Source: Phaeosaccion multiseriatum (lineage: Eukaryota > Protista > Ochrophyta, other classes). Taken from it: a DNA stretch of 64,000 nucleotides. Shown piece after piece: positions 61,975-64,000 of this stretch. Location of the stretch: NCBI GenBank assembly GCA_965112735.1, contig OZ218963.1:310001-374000 (forward strand), in the 5' to 3' direction. The number at the start of each line of letters is the position of its first letter. The first letter of the stretch is position 1. Under the pieces are notes generated by a model that saw only the letters and a list, made by a program, of their open reading frames with translations, was not told the DNA's origin and did no database searches. Made by a program: the position numbers and the translations under genes.

Positions 61975-62461
61975 AGCCAAGTGACACGTGAGCTTCGTTG
62001 CTCTTCCTCTTCAAGGAGAGGGCGTCGGAGGGGAGGGGGCTTTTCTTTCCTTCCTTCTTCTCCTATAGGAAATCAACCTAAGAATTACGTATGGGTCGAC
62101 TCCAAGAGGAAGGCATGCAGTCATGAGCCTCGCTCGTAGGGAGGAGCTCTCTCTCTCTCTTCTGTAGGCAGAGGGCGGAGGGGCGCTGCTGAGGGACGGC
62201 TCCTGCAATCAATCAATCAGCAGGGGTGGTGACGCTTCGCTCTCACGTGGACTTGAGGCGGGACGGCGTGGCCTCATTTACTCAAGGAAAGGAAGTACAC
62301 CACTGCAGCCGCCTGCAGACGTCTTATAAAGTGGATATAATGAATTTCAACCACTCCCGACGTTGGTCTAACAACTGAACCTGAAACTGAAGCTATCGTA
62401 TAGGCAGCGCAGATGGCACTAGAGGGTGCACATATAATCCTTGGAGGCTTTACACTATATG

Positions 62462-64000
62462 CTACCGCGGCGTGAAGAGGTCATCGTCCCCGATCACTTC
62501 CCGAACCTGCTCCTCGTCTCCCGCCATACTCCCTCGCTTTGACTCCCCCCCTCCTGCCCCTGTCTCTTGCCCATATGCCTCCCCCTCCCCCTCGGCCCCT
62601 CGTTCCTCCTCACAGCCCGCAGGCGGCTCCCACTGACTCGCCCCAGTGACATGATTGTACCAAAAGACGAGATTGGTGCTGGGGTCCTTGTAGGCGGCCC
62701 AATCTCCATAGTCGACACCACCAGGGCCCTCCCCCTCCCCGAAACCTTCGCCAAAGCCCTCCCCGAAGCCGCCGCCGGACAAGGGCCCAAGCTCCTCGGG
62801 CCTCTCCCATTGGAAGTTGTTGGTTTGGTCGTTGTAGTAGAAGATCTTTCCGTCAGGGACAGTGTATTCGATCCACTCGCCTTCCCGCTGTGAGGAGGAG
62901 GAGGAGGAGGAGGAGGAGGAGGAGGAGGAGGAGGAGGAGGAGGAGGAGGAAGAGGAGGAGGAGGAGGGGATAGGAGGGGATACGAGTGGAGGGGAGAGGA
63001 GGTCAGGTCCTCAGAAGGAGGGAAATGAGGTGTAGGTGCAGAGGACGCATCAATGATGCACACAGCAGAACAGCAATACATATGGCAGCTGCGAGCCCCG
63101 AGCAACGGGAGAGAGAGAGAGAGAGGAAGGGAGAGAGAGAGAGAGAGGAAGGGAGAGAGAGAGAGAGAGGAAGGGAGAGAGAGAGAGAGGAAGGGAGAGA
63201 GAGAGAGGAAGGGAGAGAGAGAGAGAGAGGAAGGGAGAGAGAGAGAGAGAGAGAGAGGAAGGGAGAGAGAGAGAGAGAGAGAGAGGAAGGGAGAGAGAGA
63301 GAGAGGAAGGGAGAGAGAGAGAGAGAGGAAGGGAGAGAGAGAGAGAGGAAGGGAGAGAGAGAGAGAGAGGAAGGGAGAGAGTCTGGTGCATCCAGCTTGC
63401 ACCAGCCCTGGCCAAAACACTCCGCCTGTGCATGGCGACCTATGACAGTCACACTCAAAAGTAACGCCCAAGTCCAAAAAACCCCTTCCTCCAAGTCAGT
63501 CAGTCAGTCAGTCAGTCACCTTGAGCCGCATGGAGGCATTGCCGAGGCCTTTGCCGGCGGCTCCGAGCTTGCCCTCCGCCTGCTGCCGCTGCAGTGCCCC
63601 GACCTCAGCCGGTTTGGCCCATTGAGAGGTGTCCTGAACGTGATTGTACCAGAACACGCTACTGCCCCCCGTGCCACCATCATCATCATCATCATCACCA
63701 TCACCACCCAACCCCACCCCGACCTCGTTGCGGAAACCCTCTTCTCCTCCGGCGGCGGCGGAGGTGGCGTTTTGGTCTTCGTATGCGATCCAATCGCCCC
63801 AATGCTGCAGCCGCATGGACTTACCACGCTTTAAGGACCACTGAGACTTTTGCTTCTTGAGGAAGACTTGTTGCTCTCCCTCGCTGCTGCTGCTGCTACT
63901 GCCGCTGCCCGCGTTGCTCTCCTGCTCATTCTCCTTCTCTGACCCCGCTCCTCCTGCCTCTGTATCACCAACTCCCCCCCCTGTGACCTTCTTGAGCATC
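62462..64000 (-). CDS. WW-domain protein, 3' part (5' end outside window); exons >64000-63520, 62887-62462
   Basis: Three WW-like units: WIAYED..VFWYNHVQDTSQWAKP, WIEYTVPDGKIFYYNDQTNNFQWERP and WAAYKDPSTNLVFWYNHVTGASQWEPP. Confidence 0.88.

Overview
Eukaryotic nuclear DNA: GC-rich, with spliceosomal introns and many microsatellites. It is probably a flagellated photosynthetic stramenopile (ochrophyte), inferred from the eIF5A sequence style, DNAAF11/LRRC6, centrin and a bipartite-like presequence on MnmE. The window has two parts. (1) 1-19.2 kb is an accessory tandem block with a 12,005-bp period. It holds four paralogues (A, B, A', D) of an unrecognised two-exon gene whose real first exon is missing from the long ORF calls, a membrane-anchored trypsin-fold protease, a degenerate intron-containing pogo/DDE_1 transposase and two copies of a TTAA-flanked MITE. 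(2) 19.3-64 kb is a core-gene region: ENY2, NDUFB10, eIF5A, ACSF3-like, MnmE/GTPBP3, a double-PLAC8 protein, DNAAF11, centrin, two hypothetical genes, an ankyrin pseudogene and a WW-domain gene cut by the window end. The most unusual signals are: three short DNA words (GGATGGCAGTGGATGG, CAGCAGTTGGTGATAC, GTGTCAGGAC) found in introns and coding exons in several frames and on both strands; a 7-unit minisatellite in MnmE whose unit looks like a complete mini-intron; the paralogue family, which may pair a Rep-like/ferredoxin-fold domain with an IPT/TIG-like domain; and an ATG-less FN3-like frame missing from the ORF track. All assignments are by eye, no searches were run, and exon coordinates are manual.
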